Positions 38,075-52,438 are shown, numbered from the whole stretch's first letter. The stretch: 63,704 nt of DNA, filler included, from Choristocarpus tenellus KU-1152 (GCA_964200185.2; 10 parts of 10 records of this genome joined end to end with filler, not necessarily neighbours in it), one strand, 5' to 3'. The notes: a model not told the origin generated them from the sequence alone. Translations and numbers: made by a program.

Positions 38075-38474
38075 CCTTCCTCTCCCTCTCACCTCCTCCC
38101 TCCCTATCTCCCTCTCGCCTCTTTGCTCACCAAATCAAGGCAACTTCGCCGCGTCTATCTTTATACTTTGCCCCTGCACCCAACAATAGCCACAATCAAA
38201 CGAGCTGTGGATGGTCGCCTCCCTGAGGGACTTACAACTACGAAGGATGCCGTGCAAGCTTTCAACAAATGCTGTGCAGGTGATGCCACGCATTCCGGAA
38301 AAGAACCCACGTGTTGGTTCTAATTAGGTTCGCCTTACAATCTTCATGTCGTCTGATACCAACTTTCTTTTCCCTTTTCATATATCAGAGTTTGTTGGTC
38401 TATTGGCGTCGGAGGCGAACAACCTTGCCGATGGAAAAATTGTACGTCCCGAACAAGTGTCGTCAGCGTTGAAG
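37913..38474 (+). CDS. Histone-fold protein, NC2beta/Dr1 (CBFD_NFYB_HMF)-like; exons 37913-37937, 38190-38279, 38389-38474; 3' end lost at gap
   Basis: Spliced MMSDLFPAATIKRAVDGRLPEGLTTTKDAVQAFNKCCAEFVGLLASEANNLADGKIVRPEQVSSALK matches the Dr1 pattern CCxEFxxLxxSEAN..IxPEHVxxAL; GT-AG phases consistent. Confidence 0.85.
38016..38071. repeat. (CT)n microsatellite in intron 1
   Basis: Long uninterrupted CT run. Confidence 0.97.
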
Positions 38475-40286
38475 GTGGGAATTCAATATGTGAAGCCTAA
38501 GCATTGTAATTTGTGGGACCTAAGAAATGGGATCCCTCCTTGTTATCTTTCCATAGATCTGTTGCTATGAATAAGGGCAGGACTTGCTCCACCAACGCTT
38601 AAGGCTGTAGTAGTGTGTCGGACAAGCTGGTACGATTGTCACCCCACTCCTGTACCCTCTTTCACACGCACCCTTGGAAAAAANNNNNNNNNNNNNNNNN
38701 NNNNNNNNNNNNNNNNNNNNNNNNNNNTTAATTAATTAANNNNNNNNNNNNNNNNNNNNNNNNNNNNNNNNNNNNNNNNNNNNCCGCACTCCTCTACATC
38801 ATGGCCTACAATACCCCCACGCCATCAGGAGAAACACAAAAGAGATCGGTGCCAGGGTGGTGGCAATATACACAAAAGTGTTGGAGTTGATGGAGATAGA
38901 GCTGGGGTGGTGGCACGGAGGGGGGGAGGTGAGGGGACTCGTTCACAAACTTGGGCCAAACCAAAGCCCATCCCCGAGTTCGATTTATTGCCTGGAATAT
39001 ACACACGTTTGGAGTCTGCAGATTGGCGACAAAGACAGGCGGGACTGGAGGAGGTAATCAATGTCTGACAGGCATATGTAGTCCTAGGGATGTAGTTGTC
39101 ACCTTTTTGAACGTCTATAAATCTAAGACAGTGAGGGTCTAGAGGTATTGTGATGTACATGCATCTAAGACAGTACTTACATAGTCCATTTCATGCATTC
39201 TGTGAGCCCTCAAAGCTTATTCAAAGAGCACACAGTACGAAATAATCAGACCTTTAAGAGCTAGTGTGACTGGTCTATATAATTTGAGATTCTGTGACAG
39301 ATTGTAACAGTCACGATTGAGAACATTTAGGAGGATTATTACATTTTTAATTTTAAGCCTTGCACTTAAACATACATATTTTTTCCCCAGGTGTACTATT
39401 TCATTGAATTTAGATCAATCGAAACCAAAAATTGAGGGGATTTTCGATTGGATGTATTTCACGGGTATGCGCATTGCTTGATCTGATCGCAAACCTCGGT
39501 GATTTGTGCATCTCAATCCGTCGGTTGCCAGTACTTTTCAATTATGATCAGTACATAAATAATATTCGAGCTGATTGAACATATACTCACAAAAACTCTC
39601 GATTCACAAGGCCAGGGGCTTCACACTGTACCGTCTAATGAGTTTCGACAGTATCGCCGAATGACGTGATTTGTTTGAAATTATACTCACACATATATGG
39701 GAATAAAGATAGTGTAAATTTGGAGTGTACATATTGCAGGTATGAGATGCAAGTGGGGGTTTGATGGCGGCGTATAGAGGACACAGTACTTGTGTAGGAG
39801 AGTCACATAGAGAGTGTGTAAGTGGCATACACAAAGGCAAGGGACATCAAAGATATTAGGTGCAACAGAGGTGTGAAAGGGGGGAGGAAAAGTTACTGGT
39901 TGTACAGTCTTGGTTGATTGAAAAATATGTACATTTTTCAACATGCTGTGCTCTGCTATCGAATCTAAATGGTGAATTTGGGGTAAGCTTGGAGTGGTGG
40001 GAGGTTCAAAGGAGGGAATCTGTGTTGATGTTGCGAGTGGATATGAAAGCCTCAAGTATGAGGAAGGACTTGTACCCATGGGAGGAAACGGAAGGCTTTT
40101 ACGTGAATGGGTCCAACCATGCTTGTGCTTCACCAGGTTTCTCTCCAGTTCTCTCTTATTCCACCTTCTCCTTTGTTGCCAATTTATCTCCCTCTGCTTA
40201 TTTTCCTCCCTTGTGCACCCATGCCACCTCTCCAAAACCGGGGTACCTAACACAATCATGTCTCTGGTGGGTATGGCTGTGTGAAG

Positions 40287-43200
40287 GGTGTGCGATTGCT
40301 GGAAAAACATGGCGAAGACTTTATTGCCGCAGGCAAGCTGGTGAAAGTTGTCGATTACTTGGCTGAGCGCCTTTCTGATCGCAACCTAAAGGTAGGAACA
40401 AACAAACTAGAGGGAAGTTACATCATCTGTGACAACAAGAATAGAATCAAATTATCTCAGAGAGTACAGCCGCGTCCGTTTGGGGACCAAAATCCAACGT
40501 TGCGATTTTGATGAAATTTTTGGCTATGATGTTTCGAAATGTTTCTGAGTAGGTAAAATGTCACAAAAATCCCGTGGGAAGCCAAGCCCCAAACGGACAA
40601 ACAGGGCGAACCTCGTACCGTCTAAGATACCTTCACTCATAGGCTCTTATAGGCTGCTCTTTGAAATGCTCAAACAGGATCAAGACAACTCTCACCCCTT
40701 ACAACATGTCATATGGGGTTGTCTACAGTAAAATGCATTGCCATGAGATGAGAAAGTACCAAGCCCTAACCAACGTCAAGCATGATTTGCTAAGGACAAT
40801 AATTTAGTTAGGCAGAATATAATTTACCCTGGAGGGCATATTGTTCTATCGCCTTCCTCCTTGAACAGACTTCTATATGTGCTAACAAATCAACCTTCCT
40901 ACACCCAAGCATTTATTTGTGGTCTGAAATTTTCCTGATAAATGCGTGTGCACCAACCAGAAGGTAACACATCCTTGTTCATCCTCGATTTCTATCATCC
41001 TTAATCATCCTCTGACACTTATGCTCATCATTATTCTCCTCCAAGGTGAATATTGTAGCGTTGGAGGGGATAACTCGATTGGCACATGCCCTGGGGTCGA
41101 ACCTTGAGCCCGTCCTCAACACCTTGGTGCCTCGTTTGTGCAAGAACCTTGCATCCACCAATCAGCAGGTCAGATGGCCTCAACTCTTGCATGCCCATGT
41201 GGATAAAGTGGGATGAATTCCTGGGAAAAGTCTAGTGCTCACTTGTGCATCAGTATGATTTCTTCAACATCAAAATTCGCATCACCAGCTCCACTCAACC
41301 TTTCCCCTATTGAAGTGAGGGTCAATACTACTCATTGTGATGTAGTCCTTATAGATGTACTTTCTAATGCTCCTGTCATATGGAGGTTAGATGAATGCAT
41401 TGAGTTGTCACTAACAAATGTTATTGTACTGCCCATCCAAACATTGAAAACCCCTAAAGTAAGTGGTGTTATAAGATTTCTCTGACCCAACCCAATATTT
41501 GATGACTTTGAAAGAATACGAGCTAGATGGTCAGTGGGGACGAGCAATAATGGACAGACTGCGGGTAAGATCATTGGCGACTGTTGAGGGGAGGAGAAAT
41601 ATAGACATGACTGGCTACCTACATTCATAGAGTACATGCCGCCACACACTTGAAATGTATATTCCATGACATTCATACACAAGAACATCAACAATGACAA
41701 CTGTCACAGGCTCCAAACCCCTGCGAGAACATCAACTTCGAAATCCTCATAATATATACGTATATCCCTCTCCCTTTCTGCTCATGTCGTGCTAGCTCGT
41801 ATCTATTGCCGGGGATGCAGTGGACGTCCTGTTTCGAGCTGTGAGCCCTTGCCGGCTGGTACAGCATGTGGCTGCCTTGGTAGAGCATGGCAATCCCCGC
41901 CTCAAGGCAAGATCTGGATATGATCAATAGTAAAGTTGACCTATCCATGTAGTACCATAGCAATATTTGGACTTGTGCTCTTAGACTAAATTCAAGGAAT
42001 TGACAACAATACACAGCACAGCAGATTAGAGCTCTCATCTTGCTGAGAAGTCGTGCAACTGTTGTGGAGTGGAGTGGAAGATGATCGCAGCTGGAAAATA
42101 TTATGCCCAGCAGGGAACAATTAAAGTTCAGTATCAAAGGTTTGGAAGTTGTGAATATTCCAAAAGTGGAGCATCTAAACGACTCTCACACCCTCAACCT
42201 CAATACCTCCAAGCTATTGAAATTAACAGTATCAACTCTTGATATTGGATGTTTAGATCCTCAACGGAGTAGAAGGTACTTTCTACCTCAAGCACTATTC
42301 TGGAGTGCATAGTATCATTTACCACCGCGGGTGTAGGACCATGTAATGCCTAGATTTGAATTTTTACAGGGGGGACTGGAGAGATTGTTCTGTAAGTATA
42401 TGAGGTGCTCCTTATGGTCTATTCTGATGGGCAATTTGTTCTTAAACTAGGACTTACTTGCTTACCATATCTGGCTCAAAGTATCTGGGGGGGGGGACGG
42501 TCTACACCAGGGTGTCCATTCAGACCCTGACCAGGAAAAGTGCATTTACATTATCCATCCGATGCAAGCAACCAAATCACCCAAAAATCATGACATGGAA
42601 AAATGGGCCCCGAATGGACAGCCTCTACCACCCCCAGATACTTTGAGCCTCTAGGTTTTGCCATCCAGTATTTGAGGATGGTTTTGCAATACCATGGTAC
42701 CTTGAATGATAAAAGCATTGATTGAAGTACTATGAGTATTCACCAAGAATAACGTTACATTTGATTGAATCCTTTCTCAGAAGGGTTACAATTTTTGCTA
42801 ACGTACGATTCTAGCTAAAACTAACCCTAACCCTAACCTTAAAAACTTGCAAGTAATGTGCTCAATCATGCTACTCAGAGAAAGGTCACATATCTGATCA
42901 AGGTCGAGAACCTTTCTGGAAAATAGAACAATTTTCCTAGTTGTGTGGAATGAGTACTTCAGACTTGGGGCTAAAAAGCAAAGAAACAATGCTACCATTA
43001 TTGCTTAAGTTCTGTAGTAGTAGGAACCTATGTACTGGCATGTAAGGGTAGATCAGGGTGGCCAAAGGTCTGGACTCACCAGTTGACCCTCAGGAGACAG
43101 CATTTCTCCATCCAATGTGCTGTATTTGAAACAATTGCAGAATAGAGTGGATACTCACTGGTTGCGCATTTTGTTGACTGATGATTATGAGTGAAAATAT

Positions 43201-44760
43201 CTTAGAGGGTACGAGTTTTCCTTGTTTGTCCGTTTTGGGCTTGGCTTCCCACGGGGTTTTTATGACATTTTTCTACTCCAAAACATTTCGGAGTAGGTAA
43301 AATGTATACGTTATGAAAAGGTGTATTTGGAACAAGGATATTTACACTTCCTAACAAACACAATAGCCAAAATTACATCAAAATCGCAACATCGGATTTT
43401 GACCCCCAAACGGACACAACTCTACCCTCTAAGATACTTGGACTCTTGTGCAATCCCTTGTCACATTGATGACATGAGAAAAGTGCACTTATATCCCGCC
43501 TAGTGACTTCCAATCACCCTCAACATGTCATAAGCAACAATTTGAACCTGTCTGGGTCGTCTTCAACCCTCATCATTCTACAACATATTTTCGTGGTTAT
43601 TGTACAATCCTGGATATTGCTCCATGCTCCCGATCTGTGCTAACCTCTCAGGTCCCTATGCTTAGGATCCTTCGGAACCTTACGCCACTGGTGAATGAGG
43701 AAAGGCCCCATCTTGTGGACAAGTGAGAGCCTTTCCATCCTTTCTTACACTGCCTTCTTTCCCACATCATATCCCAACCCAATACTTGGATTTATACATT
43801 GGAGTGCCTTCAAACTTTAGAGGGTAGGTTACAGTAACAATGGCGGCTTTCCCTCTCATTCTGCCAAAAGAAGCGATCTTGGATGCTCTCGACTGTGTAG
43901 AGAGTGTAATATGTGCACTGTTCACCCCCCTTTCTTTCCTCTCCTAGGCCCCCGCAAAATATGACATCAAGTGCAAGAAATATCTCTCTGCACATTGTCA
44001 CTTTGAAGAAACCCTGAATTTCGTTCAATAGCATTTATTCCTTAATTCTTGAACAACAGTTATTGTTAAACAAACCTACATTGTCTGGAGCGGTGAAATA
44101 ATGTCATCTAGGTGAGCTTAACATATCAAGAATGAATTGGCCTAGTTTGACAAGCCCCCACCTGACATCTAAACTTTACAAGTTGTAATAGGATATACTA
44201 TGAAATGGAAAGTTTGAGGTCTGTCAGGATGGAATCTTAAGTCACATTTGTAGAATGTACAAATTGTGTCCCTTGGTTATTCTGGTGACTGTTAATTGAG
44301 TTTGATGAGTGGACAGAGGTTTAACTATTTATTAGTGGAAGCATTAAGATAGCTGTGGAACCACAGGCAATGACGTTGTGAAGCAAACCATGACTTACAA
44401 GCAAGGTAAGGAGGAGTTAGTCCATAAATACTTCCACAGAAGCATTCACTTTTTTATGGACTGGACGAGGGCAATCGGCCTACCCTTCCACCTCCAAACA
44501 AAACACAGGTAGGCGGTGTATGTAGCATATCCTCGAGATGTATGGCAGTTACAAAGAACTACATTCTTCAGAAAACGAGACAGATATATTCTAAAACATT
44601 CTTGCTCCAATGCAGGTATATTCGACCAGTTGCCCTTTCATTGCTAGGAGAAACAAGGACTGACATTAGGGATGCAAACAAGGCTCTGCAGATTGCCATT
44701 TCCGTTGCAAAGGAGGGCAATATCCAGTTGAGGGGTGGCCAGTCACAGCAGGAGTTGTGA
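40287..44760 (+). CDS. TOG/HEAT-repeat (TOGARAM/crescerin- or CLASP-like) gene 3' end; exons ~40287-40391, 43652-43722, 44616-44760
   Basis: KLVKVVDYLAERLSDRNLK; VPMLRILRNLTPLVNEERPHLVDK|YIRPVALSLLGETRTDIRDANKAL; last two exons join in phase; one expected exon not located. Confidence 0.65.
40444..40638 (+). mobile_element. MITE family A, internally deleted
   Basis: Both TIRs; 3-bp TSD ATA. Confidence 0.88.
42473..42649. mobile_element. MITE family B copy
   Basis: Perfect TIR GGCTCAAAGTATCTGGGGG / CCCCCAGATACTTTGAGCC; 3-bp TSD TCT. Confidence 0.93.
43189..43445 (-). mobile_element. MITE family A copy
   Basis: Both TIRs; imperfect 4-bp TSD TTAT/TTGT. Confidence 0.92.
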
Positions 44761-46360
44761 CAGGGCCCAATAACAGCGGCCTTGGTTTTGGTAGAGACAC
44801 ATAATTAGGGGTAGTGACTACCTCACCAATTACTCAAGGTCCAGCAGTGGAAGGTGGTAGTATCGAAATGACATGAGTGCAGGAAAAAGATGCAACACGT
44901 TAGGAAGAGGGCAAAGGAAAGGGTAATGCTGGGCACTTGCATAATACAGAGAAGAAATACCTTATGGAACGGCACTTTGAAGTCAAGGAGGATCACTGGG
45001 ATATGGGAGAGGAGGGAGTCATTCCGTAAGCCTCGATCTGAATATTTGCTCATTTTGTCCCAGAAATTTGGTGTGCTTCTCAAGACATCTTGCGACCCTT
45101 GCACGAGCTTGTGGAGGGACTGACCCCTCAGAGAATAAAAATGAGTTTGTCAGGTTGTTGCTGGATGAACCATCAATGCCGTACGGGGATGGAGACTTAG
45201 GTTAGGGTACTACCTATGTAGTCATTTTCTTATTCTCTTTGATTTGGGCTCCCATAAGTAGTTGAACGTTGCATCCTTAGCAATTCTCGTGGTGATGTGC
45301 ACACATATGAGCCCTTTGTCCACTCCCAGCGTTGAGTGCTGTGAGGAGCATGCCTTGCGATAAGGCTCCCATCAGAGATTATAACAGTGTACGTATTAGG
45401 AACATTGAAGATATATAGTGCACACCCTATTGGGGAAGTGCAGGAGGGTTATTGGGTAACGACAAGAAAGGTCGACTTCGACTAAGTGGACTTCACTTCA
45501 TAGAAACTGTTAGTGCGTAAACCTATTGCATATTGTACTCAATACTACTACTTCAAAGAAAAAGATCAGAGTTTGATCAAACACTGCTACTCCAGGAAAA
45601 AATGGATGCTTCATATGGATGGGTCCTGCTTTTCGGTGGTCTGTGGTGATTTTCGCGCCTTTTCGTAAATTGAGCAACAAACTAATCTTTTTTATAAGTA
45701 CTCTCCCCTCCCATCTTTGTTGACATAACATCTCCAAAGCCCACACACAGTGTGTAAGCAATATATCATGTATACCATTGTTTGAACACTTTAAAAGGAC
45801 ACAATCTTTCTCAGCTCTCAGGCTATGTTGTCCTTCAACCCCTCCATCACATCTACTACCAGAATTAGAAGCACTGATAACACAAAAAACAACGAAGCTG
45901 TGGTTAGGATGGCAATACCTATACTAAGAATATATGGTACTACCAGTTAGAATGGGGCACACTCTTCAGTGAGGCATACTCCATACACACCAGGATTGCC
46001 CTCTCAGACAAAATAGTGTCTACACCTCGGCATCATCATCTCTCCGATCCTTCCTCTGGAGATAATGTATATATTATGGGTTTATTACTGCAGAGTGTGT
46101 AGTATGTAAGAGCTCCAATTATTTCACTAGGAGACAGCATAGAGAACGATATTATCTATGACCTGTCCTTGACTACTACAACTAACGTACCCTTTTGACT
46201 CTCTGATATCCAAGTATTGATGTGACAAAAAAACGACCAAACACATTTTGGCATAGAATGTATCTACAGAAAAAATATCCTTGAAAAGAAAACAGAGAAC
46301 ATTGTTGTATTATCAGATTAAATGTCTTTCAAACGATGGATATTTGAAGGACATGGAATT

Positions 46361-46428
46361 AACAGCCGATTTCAAAAATTGAGGATGGAGCTTTTCATTG
46401 AGGATGGGCCTGACCCAAAATTGACTGG
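46361..46428 (+). mobile_element. Family E copy cut by gap
   Basis: AACAGCCGATTTCAAAAATTGAGGATG...GACCCAAAATTGACTGG. Confidence 0.8.
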
Positions 46429-46528
46429 NNNNNNNNNNNNNNNNNNNNNNNNNNNNNNNNNNNNNNNNNNNNTTAATTAATTAANNNNNNNNNNNNNNNN
46501 NNNNNNNNNNNNNNNNNNNNNNNNNNNN

Positions 46529-46714
46529 AATGACATACTACCTCCTCCAAAATGTTTCCGATTAGGTAAAATGTATACGCTATGAAAAGATGTGTCCGGA
46601 ACAAGGATATTGACATCTCCTAACAAACACGATAGCCAAAATTACATCAAAATCGAAACATTGGATTTTGGCCTCCAAATGGACGCGGCTCTACTCTCTA
46701 AGATACTTTGACTC
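46529..46714 (-). mobile_element. MITE family A partial (gap-truncated)
   Basis: A internal sequence ending CTCTAAGATACTTTGACTC. Confidence 0.9.
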
Positions 46715-47555
46715 ACGTGTGTGACTCGTACATTTTTTTTACCTACACTAATATTGATGAAGGAAAGCATTCCCCGTGTGATCTTGAGCAAGAAATGTGT
46801 TTAAGAGTAATTGTAAAAATAATAGAAGGGAGATGGCTGTGTGATGATGATTATTGCAAGTATCCACCATTTTGTATATTAAAAATAGTGGTAGGAACTA
46901 AAATATACAAAAAATAATATCTCATGTTCATCGAGATTTGTTATTGTGGGGTTAACATAGGTATAATATATATGTAACACAGATAGAGGACATGAGAATG
47001 TAAATATTAAAATATCTGAGTAGAATGTCTGTATGACATTTCCTGAAGTCTCTCCAATACATGATCTGTTGTTGCATCATGCATCAATCAACTAAATGAA
47101 CGATTTAAATCGACTAATCAATAATTGCTCCACTGCCTTCTTGTCCATATCTGTATGGGTCGGGATGATTAGTACGCAGTACTAGTTAGAAACGAAGAAT
47201 GTGTATTGGTCCGGATGATGGTTGAGATGGGATCGAGCAATGAATTGATCAGTTACTAGTGTAAATAGTTAATACATTTTTATGGTGTATATCCTACTCC
47301 ATCTTTTTCCATACATCAGTGTCCTCTTGTTTCCTTCTTCCACCGTTTCCACACTTGAACTACCACATTCAATATTCAATATAAGGTTTAATGAAAATAT
47401 CTTTACCCAATAAGACTTCCTTTGTGGCGTGTCCATCCACTCCGCGCGGAAAATACTTGGTTGACGGGTGAGAGAACTTGCATTGATCAATCCATCAACA
47501 ACTTCGTGTCTTAAGAAGTTCACGCCACCCACTATCGCTTACATCCTCGTCCCTC

Positions 47556-49765
47556 ATGGCAACGGTGACTACCTCGTTAATGTCCACGCCACGGATAGGG
47601 GAGAGCCCTATGACTTCCTCGTGCCTGGGTCTCGTGCCGTCACCGTGGCAGCTCCTGCCACCCCAATCGAAGAGTCAACCGACGAGTGAACCTCAACTAC
47701 ATCGGCTCAATACTATTAGATGCTCTACAAACTCTCTCGGTGGTCGAGCGTTATCGCAAGAAGGCGTCAGGGCGCACTTAGGAGTTGAAACCCTAATTGT
47801 TCTCGACTGGGATGACACGATGCTGACATCGTCTTGGATTCAGGCTCAGGAGCTTCTACAGGCAGGCACATACCACGATCTCCCTAGTGAAGCGAAGCGA
47901 GAACTCGCCATCCTGGAGAAAAGGTGAGTTCGCGCTGGGAGATTTCAGACTTAGGACTTCGTTGTTTTGGTATCATCAATGCCGCATATTGTAAGTTCAA
48001 ATATCCTACGCTGTTGTTGACTTAGAGTTTGTGATCAAGTCCAGTTTTTTTCATTGGGTCGCACCCCTCGCGGAATAGCTTCAGTGATCCTCATGCTCAC
48101 CGATCGTCGATGAGATGTATGATAGTTCCGTCGCTATTATTTTTTCCAAAGCCCTAACTACTGGTGCCCGCCCTGCAGCGTACAAAATATGCGTAAGTTT
48201 ATCTCAAGATTGCCAACACCCTGCATGTCTACGGTCGTTTCCACGTGATTGAAATATCGTTCATATTTACATTATGTCTATGGAAAGAAGAGTGGCATTT
48301 TATCCACCGGACACATTCCCCTGACAGCATGCTTGTGCAGATCTTCTAGAACACTATCATCCCAACTTATACCATCTATGATCCTCACCACTCATCGCTC
48401 CCATCACCGCAGTGTATGTCGCTGCTTGGCAGCTGCGCGCCGACAGGGCACAGTAATCATCATCACAAATGCGGAACAAGGTTGGGTTGAGGTGAGATAT
48501 TATACCTTCTTTCAAGGGCAAGTGGTTTCAGTACTCCTTTTGCGTCAGAGGTCTTGCCACTGTTACCACGAGACCAAACCATGAGGTCAAACTATTGTCC
48601 TGCCCGCTCGTTGCTTTATTGAGATGACCGAAACTATTCTGTAAGTATTTAGATTTGGTTCGTTTTTGAATACCTGTTGAGTAAACCTTTCCTTCCCAAG
48701 CAAGGGGATATGTGCGCGAAAGCGAGAAACATTTTGAGTGGTCACGATATCCCTCGTGGAAGTTGTAACGAGTAGTGCCGAATGCATGCCCTGTTGTGGA
48801 GACTGGGGTGTGCGCATTGCAATCCTTCTGGTCCCACTTCTATGTGGAAATTTTCGGGTTGACTTGGTTATGCCCACGGAGTTTACCCCCCACACTACGT
48901 AACATAGCTTGTCACCACAGCAGTGAGTTGCAGGAGCAGTGAGTGCTGCCTAACATTTCGAACCAGCTCCTGAGTAAGGTGGTATGTATGTGAATTTGAA
49001 GCCCGTGGTTCCTTGGTTGTGCTGTCAATCCGCGTTGCTTTGCTGGAATGCGAGTCTCTAGATGAGCTCTAGCTGGCTTCCTGTTGAGGGTAAGACCGTT
49101 GCTTGTGCTAGATGTGAAAGCACAGCAGGCATCATTTGCGAGCAACGGTTGCAGCGTGGGTGTGTTGTATATGCAGCACTGACTTTGGAGAAGGAATCGC
49201 ATATTCTTTTTTGTATGCATATATTGCCCTCGTCTCATCAAACAGAAGCTAATCTTTGCACGTCCTTGGAAACATGCTCAATGCTTGGAACTCCTGGTCC
49301 GCTGACCCTGACTACAATCAGAACTGCAAATATGTCATCATCGACTACCTACATCATTTTTTGTTTTTTTGAGAATAGGGCTAGGTTTAGGGTTAGAGTT
49401 ACAAAATTGAAGTCATTTGCTATCACTGCATAATTTGTTGGGTTAGACCCTCATTTGTGATGCTGGTACTTCCAGTCTGCCCACATTTGTCCCTTTTATG
49501 GGGAATGACATTTGTTTGTTTTTTTCAGGCTGTGCCCTAGATCTGCAGGGGTTTTTTCTAGGTGTGAAGTTGATCCCATAGCATCCCAGCCCCGAGCAGC
49601 AGGTCCCTAAACCATTCCTTCCACCGTGTATGCCTAATGATGCGCCCACAGCTTAGTGCAGGAAAGTTCTTCCAGCAGCTTCTGCCACAACTAAAAGGTA
49701 TACCTGTCATCAGTGCGCGAACCCTCTTTGAGTCCCAGTTCCCATCATCCCCCCTGTGTTGGAAG
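47556..49765 (+). CDS. HAD-superfamily-like DWDDT-family protein, 5' exons 47556-47923, 48413-48491, 49652-49765; 3' end missing
   Basis: LIVLDWDDTMLTSSWI; GTVIIITNAEQGWVE|LSAGKFF; IPVISARTLFE..PLCWK; all GT-AG junctions in phase. Confidence 0.88.
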
Positions 49766-52438
49766 GTGAGGCATCAGAACAGAGTAATGCACGATTTAGC
49801 ATGAACAAGGTGTACCTCCAGCAAGTTTCGTATCTTTTGATTCGATGCCATTCTTTTGTGTCAATTCTGTTTTTTTAAATAAAATTTTGCTTTGTAGGGC
49901 ACAGGCATTTGCCATTACAATGCGGATATACACTCGTACATACATATGTATATATACGTACACTTTTTTGTTTTGATTTTTCTTTATTTATGTGAGATGC
50001 GATACAATTTCTCTACCTGGTGATGATGTTTATACTGTCAATGAAAAAAAATAAAGGACACGAATATGAAGAAGAGAATATATATAGTGTCGGGGCTAAG
50101 GTGAACAACGCATCACCATTGGCTGAATGTGACACTATTTTCTCTTGTATTTTCTGTTGGTGGAAAGGTTGCCTCTTGTGAGGTCTGCTGTCCTTCCTAC
50201 TGTGCCCTCATTGATGTACCCCTGTGTTACAGGCTGTGCTGTACCCATTCGCTAGTTCAAACTTGGTACCAAGGTACCAGATGGGAGGTAGAAAAAGTAC
50301 CGCCCTCAATTATTTTTGACTGTTCGTCTTACCTGACTATTTAGTACCACTATCACTGTTAATAAGCTGTATCGGTGTCTTAATTTGACTGTGGCGTTTC
50401 ACGTGGACTTGCCTTGGGAGAAAATTATAGGGGTTTCTACTTCCCCCGGTGTCGGTGTTGGTGGAAGAGCAATCGGATTTTTTGTGTGGGACCATAGTGT
50501 CAAGTGGCAACTGCACCTGTTAATCTGATAGTGGCTGTTGACAGACAACTGTGGTGAATGATATTAGCTGCCAACACGATTCTCCTGGCAGACTTAGGAT
50601 GTTTTGTTGAATACCGATAACCTACCTTTGATGTGCCATTGGTTACAAGTGCCGCATTTTGGTTTGCATGCTCTACATAATTTGTCTACAGCACACGCTC
50701 CAGGCACACACACGCCGTGAACACCGCCTCGATATGTTTTCCACTGACTTCACAGGCGTGTGATGCGATGTATCCAATGTATTTTTGTTGGTGTACACTT
50801 GCCCTTCCCCCCCCCCCCCCCCCCCCCCCCCCCCCACACCCCAAAAAAATTTCCCCGTCTCCCCATCTCNNNNNNNNNNNNNNNNNNNNNNNNNNNNNNN
50901 NNNNNNNNNNNNNTTAATTAATTAANNNNNNNNNNNNNNNNNNNNNNNNNNNNNNNNNNNNNNNNNNNNTTTTCATGTAGACCCCGTGTTGTTGTCCCCC
51001 CCCCCCCCCTCCCCAGATAATCTGGGTCTCATCTGTGGTAGAAAGCCCTTGTTTGCTCCTCATCCTTCTCCTTTACATCTTCAGTCAGACAGATCACATT
51101 ACCAATCTCAAACGACAAAGGTATCACTGACGATGGGTTATACATCACTTCTGTCATACATCATCTCACCAACACCGTCATTGCAACAGGGTCAAGAAAC
51201 GAAGGCTCCTTCTACTCCAAATGCTTTCACCTGTAGCACATCGCACACAATGGAAGAAATTCAATACACGGGTTACACCTGTTTGCCCTAAACAATCACT
51301 GACCAGCCTGCACGTTGTAGCAATGCAACATCAAACACATTTCGAGAAGAAGCAATACACACACTCCTCAAGTGTGCACACAATGTATCGTCCAGGTAGG
51401 GGACCCTTTGATGAAAGATGCAAAACTATACTACCAACAAAAAGCAACAGCAGACCCTGCATGCATGCAATCAACAATTGTAACCAAAACACCTTCCAAA
51501 GAAGAGAACACGAGCCAAACCCAAAGAAGGAAGTATAAAACTTTGCGAACACTATCCGGCAATCTGTAAACGTCATCACCACTGGTGTTCAAGACACGTT
51601 GACCTTCTTCTTTGACCAATGGCTTCAAGAGATTGATCGTAAATAGTTTTAAAGCACCATCACAAAAGAAGAGACGCAGAGATAAGTCAGTCACAAGGCT
51701 CAAATGTCAGGGGTGGAAATCCCGCCTGGACCCTCCCCAAACGCCATGTGAGCCTCTCCTCCATCCATTTCGTCCACTATAGCAGGGTTAGGGCTAGGAT
51801 TAGATTTAGGGCTTAGATGATCTCTTCATTTCAGATTTTGGGGGGACAGAATTCTCCTTTTATGAACAACTTCATTGCCGTACAACGTGAAGTGAATGAT
51901 AGGGGTAATCTCAAATTGGGGAGGATGACATGAAAAGCGATATTTTCGTCAATGGGATGATCCGTGTGTTTCAGTCTTCCAATGAGATGAGGTCTTCCCT
52001 ATACTATACTATACTTGAAATTGGCGAGTGGTAACGTGCACACATCAACCCTAACCCTAACTCAATAACCAATACACGACTTGCTCGTGTGCTTTTTTGC
52101 TACACAACTTTCTTTTGAATAATATATTCGATAATTTACTATATTTGGCTATTATCCTTGCTAGTCCCTTCACCCTGTCTAAATAGTTGTAAGAATAACA
52201 ATATTTGTGAAAATAATATAAAGAAGGTGGGGCGATGATGATGTAGTATTAGTAGTACATCACCGCAATAATGGATGGGCTGAAACACCTTGACACGTCA
52301 TATACAAAGTGGCTGTGATTACCTTGGTTTTTGTATCATAGCATGAAGCATTTTTTTAGGGGGTGACATATTCTTTGTTCTCTTGCCAAGCTCGTTTGTG
52401 TATGCATGAAAATATCATCCTTTCTGTCACTTTTCTTT

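Noticed and set aside
38828-38930. Exon-like stretch as the continuation of the NC2beta-like gene
   Set aside because: It lies across an artificial linker and shows no histone-fold similarity; it may be an upstream TOG exon, but support is too weak.
47113-47254. Imperfect inverted repeat upstream of the HAD-like gene
   Set aside because: Single copy, degenerate, no clear TSD.
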